64,000 bases of DNA from Omnitrophica bacterium RIFCSPHIGHO2_02_FULL_51_18 (GCA_001804125.1 MHFI01000036.1:94785-158784); one strand, 5' to 3'. Counted from the stretch's first letter, positions 18,407 to 30,360 are shown. The notes: a model not told the origin generated them from the letters alone. Numbers and translations: made by a program.

Positions 18407-21004
18407 CTAAATTCTTTGTATGGCATTTATTATATTTGCTGTCCCGGCAGTAATTATATCGTTAATTTTTTCCGGCGATGGAGGCTCTTTTAATCCTCCA
18501 ACCGCAAAATTTGGCCTGCCTCCGCCTTGTCCATTAATTTTTTGGTTTACATTTTTGATGATTTCATTACAATTTAATCCCCTTTGAACCGAATCACCAC
18601 TTCCAACTATGTAATAACTTGGCTGCCCAAAAAAAGTGGAATATATCACGCCTGCGTAGGAATAGTTTTGCGAATCAAGGACAGCTAGATCTTTTTTTAT
18701 AAGGTTCAAATCTGCCCCGGACAGTGTAAAATCCCAACATTTTATCCCCTTAATATCTTTTGCTTTCTCTATTTTATTCTTGGATTCTTCAACTAATTTA
18801 TTCGAGGCCAAACTAAATGCTTTATTCTTTAAGATCTCAACGTAACGTTTTACCTCTTTTATTTTTCCAAGAATATTCGTTTCTTTTTCAATCCTAAATT
18901 CATCAATGATAGCTTTGAGTTCTTGTTTGTTTTGTAACAATAATTTCTCTGCCCAACGGCCCGTCACGGCCTCGATGCGCCGCACGCCCGCCTGAATGGA
19001 GCTCTCGGAAGTGATCTTAAAAAATCCGATTTCGCCGGTGGAATTCAAGTGCGTGCCTCCGCACAGTTCTTTTGAAAAATCACCCACACACACGACGCGC
19101 ACGTCCTCGCCGTATTTCTCACCGAAGAATGCGATCGCGCCCTCTTTCATCGCCTCGTCCTTAGACATCAGCTTCTTATCAAGCTTCGTGTTTTTTTGGA
19201 TCTGGACATTCACGAGATTTTCTATCTCCAAAATTTTGTCGGCGCCCACGGCGCCAAAATGCGTAAAATCAAAGCGCAGCCTGTCGGGCGCCACAAGCGA
19301 CCCGCTTTGTTTCACGTGCCCGCCCAAAACTTTCCTGAGCGCGCCGTGAAGCAAGTGCGTGGCCGTGTGATTCTTCATGATGTCCTCACGGCGCTGGAAG
19401 TCAATTTTCAGCGTGTAAATGTTACCCGCCTCCAAGACGCCCTGGTCAACCTTCACTTGATGCATAGCGCATTTTTCAATCCACTGCGTATCAAAAACCG
19501 ATGCCTTAAGGCCCCTGGCGGAGATTTCTCCCGTGTCCCCGACCTGTCCGCCGGACTCCGCGTAAAAAGGAGTTTTGTCAAAAAATACAAGCCCTTCCTC
19601 GCCGGTTTTCAGGACAGGAACTGATTTATCATCCCTCACGATCCTCAACAGCTTCGCCTCCGACTCAAGTTTTGTGTAACCCAAGAACTCGGTGCTGGGT
19701 AAGCCCTCGATCAAAACATAAGAATGGTCTTTTGAGAAAATCTCACTCGTGATCTTCGTACCTTCGCGCGACTTCTTCTTCTGCCCTTCCAGGTACTCGT
19801 TGAAGCGTTCCAGATTCAATTTAAAGCCGCTCTGTTCAATGCATTCCACGATATTGTCATAAGGCACGCCGTAAGTGTCGCGGTATTTAAACGCGAGCGC
19901 CTCCACTGCTTCGTCTTTCTTAAGGCTTGCGAGCTCGCGCTTGAGCTGCGGCACGTACGTGTGAATCACCTCAAGGTACGAGGCTTCTTCATTCTGAATG
20001 ATCTGTTTAATATTTTTTTCAAGCTTCGCCAGTTCCGGATACGCGAACCTCATGGTATCCACGACAGCCGGCACCAGCTTATTCAGCGTTCCCGACTCCA
20101 AAACGCCCGCTTTCGCCATGTGATCACTCGCCGCGCGGATAAGCTTGCGGATTACATAGCCGCGGCCGATATTCGAGGGCGCCACTCCGTCAGCGATACA
20201 AAACACGGCCGCGCGGATATGGTCCATAACCGCATTTTCACGCCGCCGCTCATCCTGTCCGGATTTCAGCAGCGCTTTCAGTTCCTTTCGGATCGCTTTA
20301 AAGGCATCAATGTCGAAGCTGCTATCAACGTCCTGAAGCACCGAAGCGGTTCTCTCGAGACCCATGCCCGTATCGATGTTCTTCTGAGGCAACGGCAAAA
20401 GTGTCATGTCACTCTGGCGGTCAAACTGCGTAAACACAAGGTTCCATATTTCGACACCCTTGCCGGGAGCCTCGCCGGCATAAATTTCGGAACAGGGCCC
20501 ACAGGGGCCGTTGGGGCCGTCGAGCTTTGCATTGGACGGCCAAAAATTATCCACGGCGTCCATGCGGACAATTTTGGATTCGGGAAGCCCTATCTTTGTT
20601 TTCCAGACATTGAAGGCCTCGTCGTCATCTTGAAAAACAGAAACCCAGAGTTTTTCTTTCGAAAGTTTGAGTTCTTTGGTGACAAACTCCCAACCCCACT
20701 CAATCGCCTCTTCCTTGAAGTAATCGCCGAAAGAAAAATTGCCGAGCATTTCGAAAAAAGTGTGGTGATAGGCGGTTTTGCCGACGCACCCGATGTCCGC
20801 GGTGCGCAGGCACTTCTGACAGCTTGCGGCGCGCTTCACGTCCTTTTTAAGGCCGAGAAAATAGGGCTTGAACTGGTTCATGCCCGCGCCCGTAAACAAG
20901 AGCGAGGCGTCGTCCGAGGGCACCAGCGAGTCACTCGGGAATATCTTGTGCGCCTTTGACTTAAAAAAATCTAGGTAGAGTTGTCTTAACGCGTCTGTCT
21001 TCAT
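18407..21004 (-). CDS. alaS: alanine--tRNA ligase
   Basis: 865 aa. It has a class II catalytic core (LLFTGAGMNQFKP), an editing domain (HTATHLLHGALRKVLG...CGGTH) and a C-Ala domain (GGGRPNFAVGG). The last roughly 550 nt are markedly AT-rich. Confidence 0.95.
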   Translation of the reverse strand: MKTDALRQLYLDFFKSKAHKIFPSDSLVPSDDASLLFTGAGMNQFKPYFLGLKKDVKRAASCQKCLRTADIGCVGKTAYHHTFFEMLGNFSFGDYFKEEAIEWGWEFVTKELKLSKEKLWVSVFQDDDEAFNVWKTKIGLPESKIVRMDAVDNFWPSNAKLDGPNGPCGPCSEIYAGEAPGKGVEIWNLVFTQFDRQSDMTLLPLPQKNIDTGMGLERTASVLQDVDSSFDIDAFKAIRKELKALLKSGQDERRRENAVMDHIRAAVFCIADGVAPSNIGRGYVIRKLIRAASDHMAKAGVLESGTLNKLVPAVVDTMRFAYPELAKLEKNIKQIIQNEEASYLEVIHTYVPQLKRELASLKKDEAVEALAFKYRDTYGVPYDNIVECIEQSGFKLNLERFNEYLEGQKKKSREGTKITSEIFSKDHSYVLIEGLPSTEFLGYTKLESEAKLLRIVRDDKSVPVLKTGEEGLVFFDKTPFYAESGGQVGDTGEISARGLKASVFDTQWIEKCAMHQVKVDQGVLEAGNIYTLKIDFQRREDIMKNHTATHLLHGALRKVLGGHVKQSGSLVAPDRLRFDFTHFGAVGADKILEIENLVNVQIQKNTKLDKKLMSKDEAMKEGAIAFFGEKYGEDVRVVCVGDFSKELCGGTHLNSTGEIGFFKITSESSIQAGVRRIEAVTGRWAEKLLLQNKQELKAIIDEFRIEKETNILGKIKEVKRYVEILKNKAFSLASNKLVEESKNKIEKAKDIKGIKCWDFTLSGADLNLIKKDLAVLDSQNYSYAGVIYSTFFGQPSYYIVGSGDSVQRGLNCNEIIKNVNQKINGQGGGRPNFAVGGLKEPPSPEKINDIITAGTANIINAIQRI

Positions 21005-21501
21005 TCTTCTTTTTTGAATAGCTCATCGAACACGGAGAAGATCACATCATCGCCGAAGCCGCGGCGCTTCAAAAGGGCGTAGAGGCGCGCCTTCTTTTTC
21101 TCGCGCGGCAGGCCGGCCATTTTCAGGAAACGGGTGCTGACAAGCTCCTTGGCAATTTTTTTCTCATCGTAGTCTTCAAGATTCTTAAGCGTCTCCCCGA
21201 TCAACTGACCTGAGACGCCCTTTCGCTTCAGGTCTATTTCAAGCTGACGGCGCCCCGAAGGCCGCGAGTAAACGCGCGAAGACGCGTAAAGCTTCGCGAA
21301 CTTTACGTCATCCAGAAGCCCCTGCTTCTTAAACGACTCAATCACCTCCTCGACAAGCGGCACGGAGTATTTTTTCTTCATGAGAAGCCGTTTTTTAAGC
21401 TCCTCGACACTTCGGGAGCTGAACGACAAAAGCCTTAAGGCGTCGCTCTTGGCTTTGAGAAGAAGGGACTCCTTGTCCGTTACGCTGTCTTTTTCAGTCA
21501 C
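21001..21501 (-). CDS. recX: recombination regulator RecX
   Basis: 166 aa RecX-like helical repeat protein. It sits between recA and alaS, the classical position. Confidence 0.85.
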   Translation of the reverse strand: MTEKDSVTDKESLLLKAKSDALRLLSFSSRSVEELKKRLLMKKKYSVPLVEEVIESFKKQGLLDDVKFAKLYASSRVYSRPSGRRQLEIDLKRKGVSGQLIGETLKNLEDYDEKKIAKELVSTRFLKMAGLPREKKKARLYALLKRRGFGDDVIFSVFDELFKKEE

Positions 21502-21522
21502 AGGATAGTGCGGATTACTGAG

Positions 21523-22605
21523 TTACGTGGAGGAATGCGTCGGCGCTAAAGATTTTTCAGCGATCTTTTTCTCGATCTCGCGCAAAAGCTTCGGGTTCTC
21601 TTTGAGGAAAGACTTTGCGTTTTCACGGCCCTGGCCGAGCTTCTCACCTTCGTAGAGAATCCAACTTCCGCTTGGTTTCACGATTTCGAGAGTCTCCGCG
21701 ACGTCCAACACACTTCCGACCGCCGACACACCCTCGTCGTACATCAAGTCAAACTCGGCCTGCTTGAAAGGTGCCGCAACCTTGTTTTTCACGACCTTGA
21801 CGCGCACACGGCCTCCCACGATTTCCTCACCGCGCTTGATCTGCGCAATGCGGCGGATGTCCAGGCGCACCGAAGAATAAAATTTAAGCGCGCGGCCGCC
21901 GGGCGTCGTTTCGGGATTGCCAAACATAATCCCCAGTTTTTCACGGAGCTGATTAATGAAGATCACACAGCATTTGGACTTAGAAATCGCTGAAGTGAGC
22001 TTTCTCAAAGCCTGGCTCATGAGACGGGCCTGAAGACCCATATGCGATTGCCCCATCTCGCCTTCGATTTCAGCTTTGGGCACGAGTGCCGCCACGGAGT
22101 CTATAACCACAAGATCAATCGCGTTTGAGCGCACAAGCATCTCGACAATCTCAAGCGCCTGCTCTCCGGTGTCCGGCTGGGAGATCAGAAGATCGTCCAG
22201 ATTTACACCCAGCTTCTTGGCATAGGCGGAATCAAATGCATGCTCCGCGTCAATAAATGCCGCGGCCCCTTTCTTCTTCTGAGTTTGGGCGATAATGCTT
22301 AACGTGAGCGTGGTTTTGCCGCTGGATTCAGGCCCAAAGATCTCAACCACACGGCCCCTCGGAACACCTCCCACGCCGAGCGCCAGATCCAAAGCGATGG
22401 CGCCTGTGGGAATGACCGGTATATCCATTTTTACATTCTCACCAAGCGTCATGATCGAGCCTTTGCCAAACTGTTTCTCGATCTGGCTGACGGCCAGAGT
22501 GATAGCTTTTTGCTTGTCCGCGAATTCCTTGTCCCGCGTCTGGTTTGTCTCTTTGACTTTGGCTTCCGCTTCCTTCTCTTTGACTTCTCTGGCTTGGCGG
22601 CTCAT
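21523..22605 (-). CDS. recA: recombinase RecA
   Basis: 360 aa. It carries the Walker A motif [10 protein letters not shown] and the [18 protein letters not shown] motif. Confidence 0.95.
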   Translation of the reverse strand: MSRQAREVKEKEAEAKVKETNQTRDKEFADKQKAITLAVSQIEKQFGKGSIMTLGENVKMDIPVIPTGAIALDLALGVGGVPRGRVVEIFGPESSGKTTLTLSIIAQTQKKKGAAAFIDAEHAFDSAYAKKLGVNLDDLLISQPDTGEQALEIVEMLVRSNAIDLVVIDSVAALVPKAEIEGEMGQSHMGLQARLMSQALRKLTSAISKSKCCVIFINQLREKLGIMFGNPETTPGGRALKFYSSVRLDIRRIAQIKRGEEIVGGRVRVKVVKNKVAAPFKQAEFDLMYDEGVSAVGSVLDVAETLEIVKPSGSWILYEGEKLGQGRENAKSFLKENPKLLREIEKKIAEKSLAPTHSST

Positions 22606-22669
22606 TCTACTCTCTCCCTATTAAGCTGTTGACATGACTTACTGAGGTTTCATTAAATTTTAGGACAGC

Positions 22670-22699
22670 ATTATACCCCAAACAACTCCTACTCTACAA
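22670..22699 (-). promoter_or_regulatory. putative sigma70 promoter of recA
   Basis: Minus strand: TTGTAG, an 18 nt spacer, then TATAAT at 22675-22670. The 5' UTR to the recA ATG is about 64 nt. No recognisable LexA box was found. Confidence 0.3.
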
Positions 22700-22745
22700 G
22701 ACGACGGACCCCTATTTTTTCGTTCAACCTTTTTTGACTTTTTAA

Positions 22746-23342
22746 TCACTCCTCCCTGCTCATCGCCTGCAGGTTGCCCGGCATCACGGGCATCGCGAAT
22801 GTCTGATAGCCGGCGGGAATCTCAAACAACGAATCGTCCTGCGGACCTTCCTGGATGTTCCGGTATTCCATGGACCAGCTGCCGTCAACGGCCTCAATTT
22901 TCAGCGGCACCTCAAAGCGGCCCATCCATTGATAAACGGCGTCCTGTCGGCCGGCCTGGGTGTAGCTTATTTTATACTTCTGCGCGGGTTCACCGTTAAC
23001 CGTTTCGGGTCCGACGAGGACCCGCTCAGTCTCGCCCGGCATCTCTTTTGAAACTTTGGGAAGCGTCGTCGGGTCCAACGGTTGTTCCATATACGCATTC
23101 TGGGCAGGCATGAGAATCCATACGACGTTCCTGTCCAAACGCGTGATCATAATGCTCTGAGGCGTTTCCATCCGCGTTTTGTCCTTTGCGACAAAAATTC
23201 TTCCCTGCATCGTTTGACCGCCGGCATCACTCAACACATCCGCCGAAAAATCACTCCACGTCTGGGCCGCGGCAACACCCGCACCCGCTGCACTCCATAC
23301 AAACAATAAAACCACCGGCAATCTCATAAAGTTTCTGTTCAT
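22746..23342 (-). CDS. hypothetical secreted protein with an N-terminal signal peptide
   Basis: 198 aa. It begins MNRNFMRLPVVLLFVWSAAGAGVAAAQ (signal peptide). The rest shows no catalytic motif. Confidence 0.55.
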   Translation of the reverse strand: MNRNFMRLPVVLLFVWSAAGAGVAAAQTWSDFSADVLSDAGGQTMQGRIFVAKDKTRMETPQSIMITRLDRNVVWILMPAQNAYMEQPLDPTTLPKVSKEMPGETERVLVGPETVNGEPAQKYKISYTQAGRQDAVYQWMGRFEVPLKIEAVDGSWSMEYRNIQEGPQDDSLFEIPAGYQTFAMPVMPGNLQAMSREE

Positions 23343-23423
23343 ATCCGGGCCTCCTGTGAATTTAAACGGTTAGTTTACCCCTATCCGCGTGCTTGGGACA
23401 AGCAAATATCGTTTTGAATTTTG

Positions 23424-23432
23424 TGCTATAAT
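23424..23432 (+). promoter_or_regulatory. extended -10 promoter (TGcTATAAT) for cinA, predicting a leaderless or near-leaderless transcript
   Basis: TGCTATAAT ends 8 nt before the cinA ATG, and there is no SD in between. Confidence 0.3.
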
Positions 23433-23440
23433 TCAGCTCT

Positions 23441-24700
23441 ATGCGCGCGGAAATCATCTCGATAGGCACCGAACTCCTCGTAGGCTCCATCCTGAATACC
23501 AATGCCCGCTTTCTTTCACAGGCGCTTGCGGAGCACGCCGTCGACGTCTATCACCAAATGACGGTCGGTGACAATATTGACAGAATCATCGGGTGCCTGA
23601 AGACCGCCGCGGAACGCTCGGAAATTATTGTTACTTCAGGCGGGTTAGGACCGACGGAGGACGACGTGACGACACGCGCGGTGTCGCGCTTCCTCGGAAA
23701 ACCCTTATTATTTCACGCACCCACCTACCGGTACATACGGCAGCGTCTCAAAAAACGGGCGCTTGCCATGAACCCACTGACCGCCACACAGTGCCATGTT
23801 CCGAAAGAGGCCAAGGTACTGGAAAACTCGATGGGCACGGCGCCCGGAACGCTGTCCGGATTCGACTGGGAAGGTCAAAAACGCTGGCTTCTGGTGTTGC
23901 CCGGCCCGCCCCGCGAACTTGAGCCTTTATTTCGCAAGGCATGGCCGCTGCTTGCGAAACTGGCAAAAATAAAAAAGGAGCATTTTGAAATCCGCCCCGT
24001 CCACCTGGCGGGAGTTTTGGAATCCCAGGTTGCCCAGAAAGTCACCGATCTTTTAAAGCGGCCGCCTCCCGTTACCGTCGGCATCTACGCAAAACCGCAG
24101 GAGGTAGAGCTGAAAATCATGGCCAAAGCGCCTTCAAAACCGAAAGCCATGAAGCTCGCCGACCGTATGGAGCGGACAATCCGGAAACGCCTTAAGGAAA
24201 AAGTGTTTGGCGTCAATCGCGAATCTCTTTCCGTTGTCGTCGGAAATCTTTTGAGAAAAAGAAAGGCGACGCTGGCCGCGGCGGAGTCCTGCACCGGCGG
24301 ACTTTTTTCAAATTTTGTGACGGACACGGCCGGAAGCTCGGTTTATTTCGCGGGAGGCATCGTCGCCTACTCAAACCGGATCAAGCAATCGGCGCTTAAG
24401 GTAAACGGTGCGTCTCTCAGGAAACTCGGCGCGGTGAGCGCTCCCGTGGCGCGCGAAATGGCAAAAAACGTCAAGTTGCTTTTTCAGACAGACTTCGGCG
24501 TCGGGATCACGGGAATCGCCGGGCCCGGCGGAGGCTCGGCCAAAAAACCGGCGGGACTCGTTTATATCGCGATCACCGGGCCCAGACGGACGCGGGTTAC
24601 AAAGAATCTCTTCCTAGGCGACCGCGCCACTATCAAAAAAAGCGCCGCCTTGAAAGCGCTTGATCTCCTAAGGCTCGAGCTGGAAAACCACGCGCGCTAA
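23441..24700 (+). CDS. cinA: competence/damage-inducible protein CinA (MoCF-binding domain plus CinA C-terminal deamidase domain)
   Basis: 419 aa. It begins MRAEIISIGTELLVGSILNTNARFLS. The C-terminal domain carries AESCTGGLF. Confidence 0.9.
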   Translation: MRAEIISIGTELLVGSILNTNARFLSQALAEHAVDVYHQMTVGDNIDRIIGCLKTAAERSEIIVTSGGLGPTEDDVTTRAVSRFLGKPLLFHAPTYRYIRQRLKKRALAMNPLTATQCHVPKEAKVLENSMGTAPGTLSGFDWEGQKRWLLVLPGPPRELEPLFRKAWPLLAKLAKIKKEHFEIRPVHLAGVLESQVAQKVTDLLKRPPPVTVGIYAKPQEVELKIMAKAPSKPKAMKLADRMERTIRKRLKEKVFGVNRESLSVVVGNLLRKRKATLAAAESCTGGLFSNFVTDTAGSSVYFAGGIVAYSNRIKQSALKVNGASLRKLGAVSAPVAREMAKNVKLLFQTDFGVGITGIAGPGGGSAKKPAGLVYIAITGPRRTRVTKNLFLGDRATIKKSAALKALDLLRLELENHAR

Positions 24701-25260
24701 CCGAAGCAGCCTCTGTTTTTCACGAGATACCGCACGCCGCTCCATACGGTCACCGCGACGATCAAGAACATGCCGTAATAGATGAATAAAAGCGCCGTCG
24801 GCGTCCATTCGGGGCGCCACGCGGGGCTCTCTTGGACGGCCAAAAAAATCAATACCCCGATAATGGATGAAATCTGAAGCGCGGTTTTGTGTTTTCCGCT
24901 TTGGCGGGGCTCCGTTTTTTGGGACCGGCCTTGAGGAATGGACAAACGCAGGCCCGTGATTAAAACGTCGCGCGCGATAATCACAATCACCATCCACGCC
25001 GGTAAAATCCCCATCTGCACAAATGAAATATAGGCGGAGAGCGTCAGAAGCTTGTCGGCGATCGGGTCCATGAGCTGGCCTAGCGGCGTGATCTCGCCCC
25101 GCTGCCTCGCAATCTTGCCGTCCCAGTAATCGGTGATCGCCGCGAACAAAAACACGCCGAGCGCCGCCGGCATCATTCCTTCAGCTTTCGAGAAAAGGAG
25201 AAAAACAAAAAGAATCGTTAGAAAAATCCTTAAGAGAGTGAGTTTGTTGGGCAGGTTCAT
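24697..25260 (-). CDS. pgsA: CDP-diacylglycerol--glycerol-3-phosphate 3-phosphatidyltransferase
   Basis: 187 aa. It carries the CDP-alcohol phosphatidyltransferase motif DYWDGKIAR...GQLMDPIADK. Confidence 0.9.
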   Translation of the reverse strand: MNLPNKLTLLRIFLTILFVFLLFSKAEGMMPAALGVFLFAAITDYWDGKIARQRGEITPLGQLMDPIADKLLTLSAYISFVQMGILPAWMVIVIIARDVLITGLRLSIPQGRSQKTEPRQSGKHKTALQISSIIGVLIFLAVQESPAWRPEWTPTALLFIYYGMFLIVAVTVWSGVRYLVKNRGCFG

Positions 25261-25310
25261 CCCGCCCTTCCTTCGCGACTCGTATCCTTTTTTGGAAGGG
25301 CGGGATTCAA

Positions 25311-26657
25311 CTACCGCGTGCCTTCGAAATCGCCGACGAGGTCGTATTCCATCGCGTCGGTGATTTTTACGCTCACAAACCCGCCGGGCTTGAGCGCTTG
25401 GCCGGAATGGATAATGACCTGGTTGTCCACTTCCGGCGCGTCGCTTTCCGTACGCCCGTAGTAGATCCCTTTTTCGTTGGGATTCTTTTCATCGACCAGC
25501 ACCGCAAGCATGCGGCCGACCTGGGCGCGGTTCATTTCCACGGAAATCTCCTGCTGCTGGGCCATCACGGCGTTGAAACGTTCTTGCTTGAGCTCTTGAG
25601 GAATCTGGTTTGTCATTTGAAAGGATTTAGATCCTTCTTCGTGAGAATACATGAAAGCGCCGAGCCTGTCAAAACACGTTTCTTTTAAGAAATCCATGAG
25701 ATCCTTGAATTCCTCCTCGGTCTCACCGGGAAAACCGACAATCACGGTCGTCCGAATACTGATTCCTGGAATTTTCTTCCGAAGCGTTTCGATCCCCCAT
25801 TCCATCCGGGCGCGGTCCACGCCGCGGTTCATGCGCACGAGCATCGCATCGTGGCTGTGTTCGATCGGGAAATCGATGTAGCGGCATATCGCCGGGTGCC
25901 GCGCAATCACCTCAACCAGCTCCTCGGTCACATGCGCCGGGTGCGCATAAAGAAACCGGACCCATGGGACGAGGTCCAGCCGGGCGATCTTGTCCAAAAG
26001 GACCGGTAGTTTGAAGCTTCGGTCGTTAGGGTCATAACCGTAGGCAGCCGTGTCCTGGCCGATCAGATTTATTTCCGAAAGACTGCGGACGGCGGCGATG
26101 TTCCGGATTTCATTCAGGATGGATTCGACCGGGCGGGAGCGATGCGCTCCTTTCATTTGCGGGATCACGCAGTACGAACAGGCGTTGATACAGCCTTCTG
26201 AAATCTTGATGTAGGCCAAATGAGGAGGGGTCAGATATTCCCGCGGGGAGTTCTCATCCAGAATATAACGCGGTTTTGCCTTGACCGCAAGGACCTTGCC
26301 TTTTTTTTCTTTGATCGGACGAAGCAAATCCGCCAAATGGCCGTAACTGTCGGTGCCAATAATCCCGTCCACCTCCTCAAGCTCCTTCTGAAGATCGGGC
26401 CCATAACGCTGGGCAAGGCATCCCAGCACCACCACCGCGGCGAGCCTCCCCTTTTTCTTAAGCTCACAAAGCCCAAGAATGGTTTCCACGGACTCTTTTT
26501 TGGCCTCTTCGACAAAACCGCACGTATTGACGATCGCGATGTCCGCCTTTTCCACATCGCGCACAATCTCGTAACCGTCTTTCTTGAGACTCCCAAGCGC
26601 CACCTCGGAATCCACGAGGGTTCTTGAACATCCCAGACTGACTAAGCTGACCTTCAT
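25311..26657 (-). CDS. rimO: radical-SAM methylthiotransferase, RimO-like (ribosomal protein S12 methylthiotransferase)
   Basis: 448 aa. It has a UPF0004 N-terminal domain (MKVSLVSLGCSRTLVDSE), a CxxxCxxC radical-SAM core (CINACSYC) and a C-terminal TRAM domain. Confidence 0.8.
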   Translation of the reverse strand: MKVSLVSLGCSRTLVDSEVALGSLKKDGYEIVRDVEKADIAIVNTCGFVEEAKKESVETILGLCELKKKGRLAAVVVLGCLAQRYGPDLQKELEEVDGIIGTDSYGHLADLLRPIKEKKGKVLAVKAKPRYILDENSPREYLTPPHLAYIKISEGCINACSYCVIPQMKGAHRSRPVESILNEIRNIAAVRSLSEINLIGQDTAAYGYDPNDRSFKLPVLLDKIARLDLVPWVRFLYAHPAHVTEELVEVIARHPAICRYIDFPIEHSHDAMLVRMNRGVDRARMEWGIETLRKKIPGISIRTTVIVGFPGETEEEFKDLMDFLKETCFDRLGAFMYSHEEGSKSFQMTNQIPQELKQERFNAVMAQQQEISVEMNRAQVGRMLAVLVDEKNPNEKGIYYGRTESDAPEVDNQVIIHSGQALKPGGFVSVKITDAMEYDLVGDFEGTR

Positions 26658-27473
26658 TTAGGAGACGGCTTTCACACCCTCGTGAGTGACTAGCATTTTA
26701 TTGACCGAGCCCTTGCCGGGAGAGCCAAGCGCATGTTTGTTGAGGTCAAGAGACATGTTGGAGGCATTTCCGCTCCAGACCCGGATGGATTTATCGGCGG
26801 ACCAACTTTCGACGGCGCCCTTCTTTAAGATGGATTGGAATAGAACCTTGCCGTCGCAAGTGATATGGAGCCACACATTGTCGAGCGCCTTGATCTTAAG
26901 ATCCAGCGAACGTTTAGAGTCAAGCTTGGGAAAATTTTCAAGTTTGGGGCTCCGGAGCCATTCACCGGAAGTGCTGAGCGCCGCCGGGGCCGCGGTCTGT
27001 TTGGTTTGCAGTTCGGCGCCGCGCGCCGGGTCCTTCGCCGGCGTTTCATGAGTAACCGCTTTCCGCCAGACAAATGCCGTCCAATCGTGGAAATGCTTTG
27101 TCACGTAAAAAACCGCGGCGACGCACAACAATGCAACCACCACCCTTCCCAGCGCCGGGCCTAAGTTCCGAAACCCGCGTGTCTCCCGAATCCTTTCATC
27201 CGCGGTCTTAAGATAGAGAATCTGCTCCGGCTGGATTTTTTTCCCCTGCTTGTCATAGGCATCCAGAATCTCTTCGGGATTCACTTCGAGAAACTCGGCG
27301 TAGCTCTTCAAAAAACTTTTGGCAAAAAGGGGGCTCGGGAGTTTTTCAAACTTCTCCTCCTCGAGGATCTGAATAATCCGCGGGTGGATCTTGATCTTCG
27401 CGTGCACCTCGTCCAAGGTGATCGCTTTCTTTTCCCTGGCCTCTTTCAAGCGGTTTCCGATAGCGGTGATCAC
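26658..27473 (-). CDS. HTH (XRE-type) membrane protein, RodZ-like
   Basis: 271 aa. It has an N-terminal HTH (ITLDEVHAKIKIHPRIIQILE), one TM segment (VVVALLCVAAVFYV) and a C-terminal DUF4115-like beta domain. The GTG start abuts hairpin C1. Confidence 0.7.
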   Translation of the reverse strand: MITAIGNRLKEAREKKAITLDEVHAKIKIHPRIIQILEEEKFEKLPSPLFAKSFLKSYAEFLEVNPEEILDAYDKQGKKIQPEQILYLKTADERIRETRGFRNLGPALGRVVVALLCVAAVFYVTKHFHDWTAFVWRKAVTHETPAKDPARGAELQTKQTAAPAALSTSGEWLRSPKLENFPKLDSKRSLDLKIKALDNVWLHITCDGKVLFQSILKKGAVESWSADKSIRVWSGNASNMSLDLNKHALGSPGKGSVNKMLVTHEGVKAVS

Positions 27474-27552
27474 CCCACCACCCCCTTTTGAGACGACGAA
27501 GTCGTCTCGGCGCCTCGCGCCAAAATTAAAGATTTAAAAGGGGGTGGTGGGG
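27472..27552 (-). promoter_or_regulatory. family-C hairpin copy C1, overlapping the ftsK 3' end and the rodZ-like SD and start
   Basis: CCCCACCACCCCCTTTT...(inner GAGACGAC-GAA-GTCGTCTC and GGCGC-CTC-GCGCC hairpins)...AAAAGGGGGTGGTGGGG. The arms are perfect over 17 nt. On the mRNA the 3' arm is the purine-rich SD region immediately before the rodZ GTG. Confidence 0.6.
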
Positions 27553-29772
<2,220 letters not shown>

Positions 29773-29775
<3 letters not shown>

Positions 29776-29903
29776 CCCATCCCCTCTTTCTTTCCGCCGC
29801 AGTCGCAGCGACTACGACACCTATTGTAAACATACCCTGCGGCGGAAAAATTTGCCGCTGGCAAATTTAGAAATCCCCTGGATTTTGAAAGAGGGGATGG
29901 GGT
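29773..29903 (-). promoter_or_regulatory. family-C-like hairpin copy C3, containing the ftsK SD and GTG start
   Basis: ACCCCATCCCCTCTTTC ... GAAAGAGGGGATGGGGT are 17 nt arms. The loop of about 95 nt contains CCGCCGCAG/CTGCGGCGG and AAATTTGCC-GCT-GGCAAATTT sub-hairpins. On the mRNA the 3' arm is ...GAAAGAGGGGAUGGGGUG(AAC...), which is the ftsK SD plus its start codon. Confidence 0.6.
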
Positions 29904-29910
29904 CATGCCC

Positions 29911-30360
29911 CTAAACTCCCGTATGCCCGAATCCTCCATACGCGCGAGAGGTGTTTTCAAGTTGCCCCACGATTTCAATGTCGGCCTTCACGATTTCTTG
30001 AATCACCATTTGTGCCACGCGCGCGCCGCGTTTAATCACGTAAAGCTCCCGGCCGAGATTTGTGACAATCAAGGAAATGACGCCGCGGTAGTCGCTGTCA
30101 ATGGTTCCGGGGGTATTTACAAACGTGATCCCGTGCTTCAAAGCCAGGCCGCTCCGAGGGCGAATCTGCGCCTCGAAACCCCGGGGAATACTGACAGAAA
30201 TGCCGGTGGAAATAAGCTTTATTTCCCCCGGCATGATCGCCAAATCCCCGTCCACGGCCGCACAAAGATCCATGCCGGAAGCGCCCGCCGACATGTAGGC
30301 CGGCAGCGTTATGTCCTCAGTTCCAGGACTTCTTTTTACCTGAATTTTTACTGTTTTCAC
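29911..30360 (-). CDS. dut: dUTP diphosphatase
   Basis: Motifs include AGYDL-type MSAGASGMDL, RSGLALKHGI, GTIDSDYRG and a C-terminal GGFGHTG. The start is re-called to GTG at 30360 (MKTVKIQVKR..., which aligns with other Dut N-termini). The track ORF (to 30435, TTG) would overlap pnp by 119 nt. Confidence 0.8.
   Translation of the reverse strand: MKTVKIQVKRSPGTEDITLPAYMSAGASGMDLCAAVDGDLAIMPGEIKLISTGISVSIPRGFEAQIRPRSGLALKHGITFVNTPGTIDSDYRGVISLIVTNLGRELYVIKRGARVAQMVIQEIVKADIEIVGQLENTSRAYGGFGHTGV

Noticed and set aside
22606-22745. LexA/SOS box upstream of recA
   Set aside because: I found no CTGT-N8-ACAG, GAAC-N4-GTTC or GGTT-N10-ACC type palindrome by eye. Only a candidate -35/-10 pair is reported.
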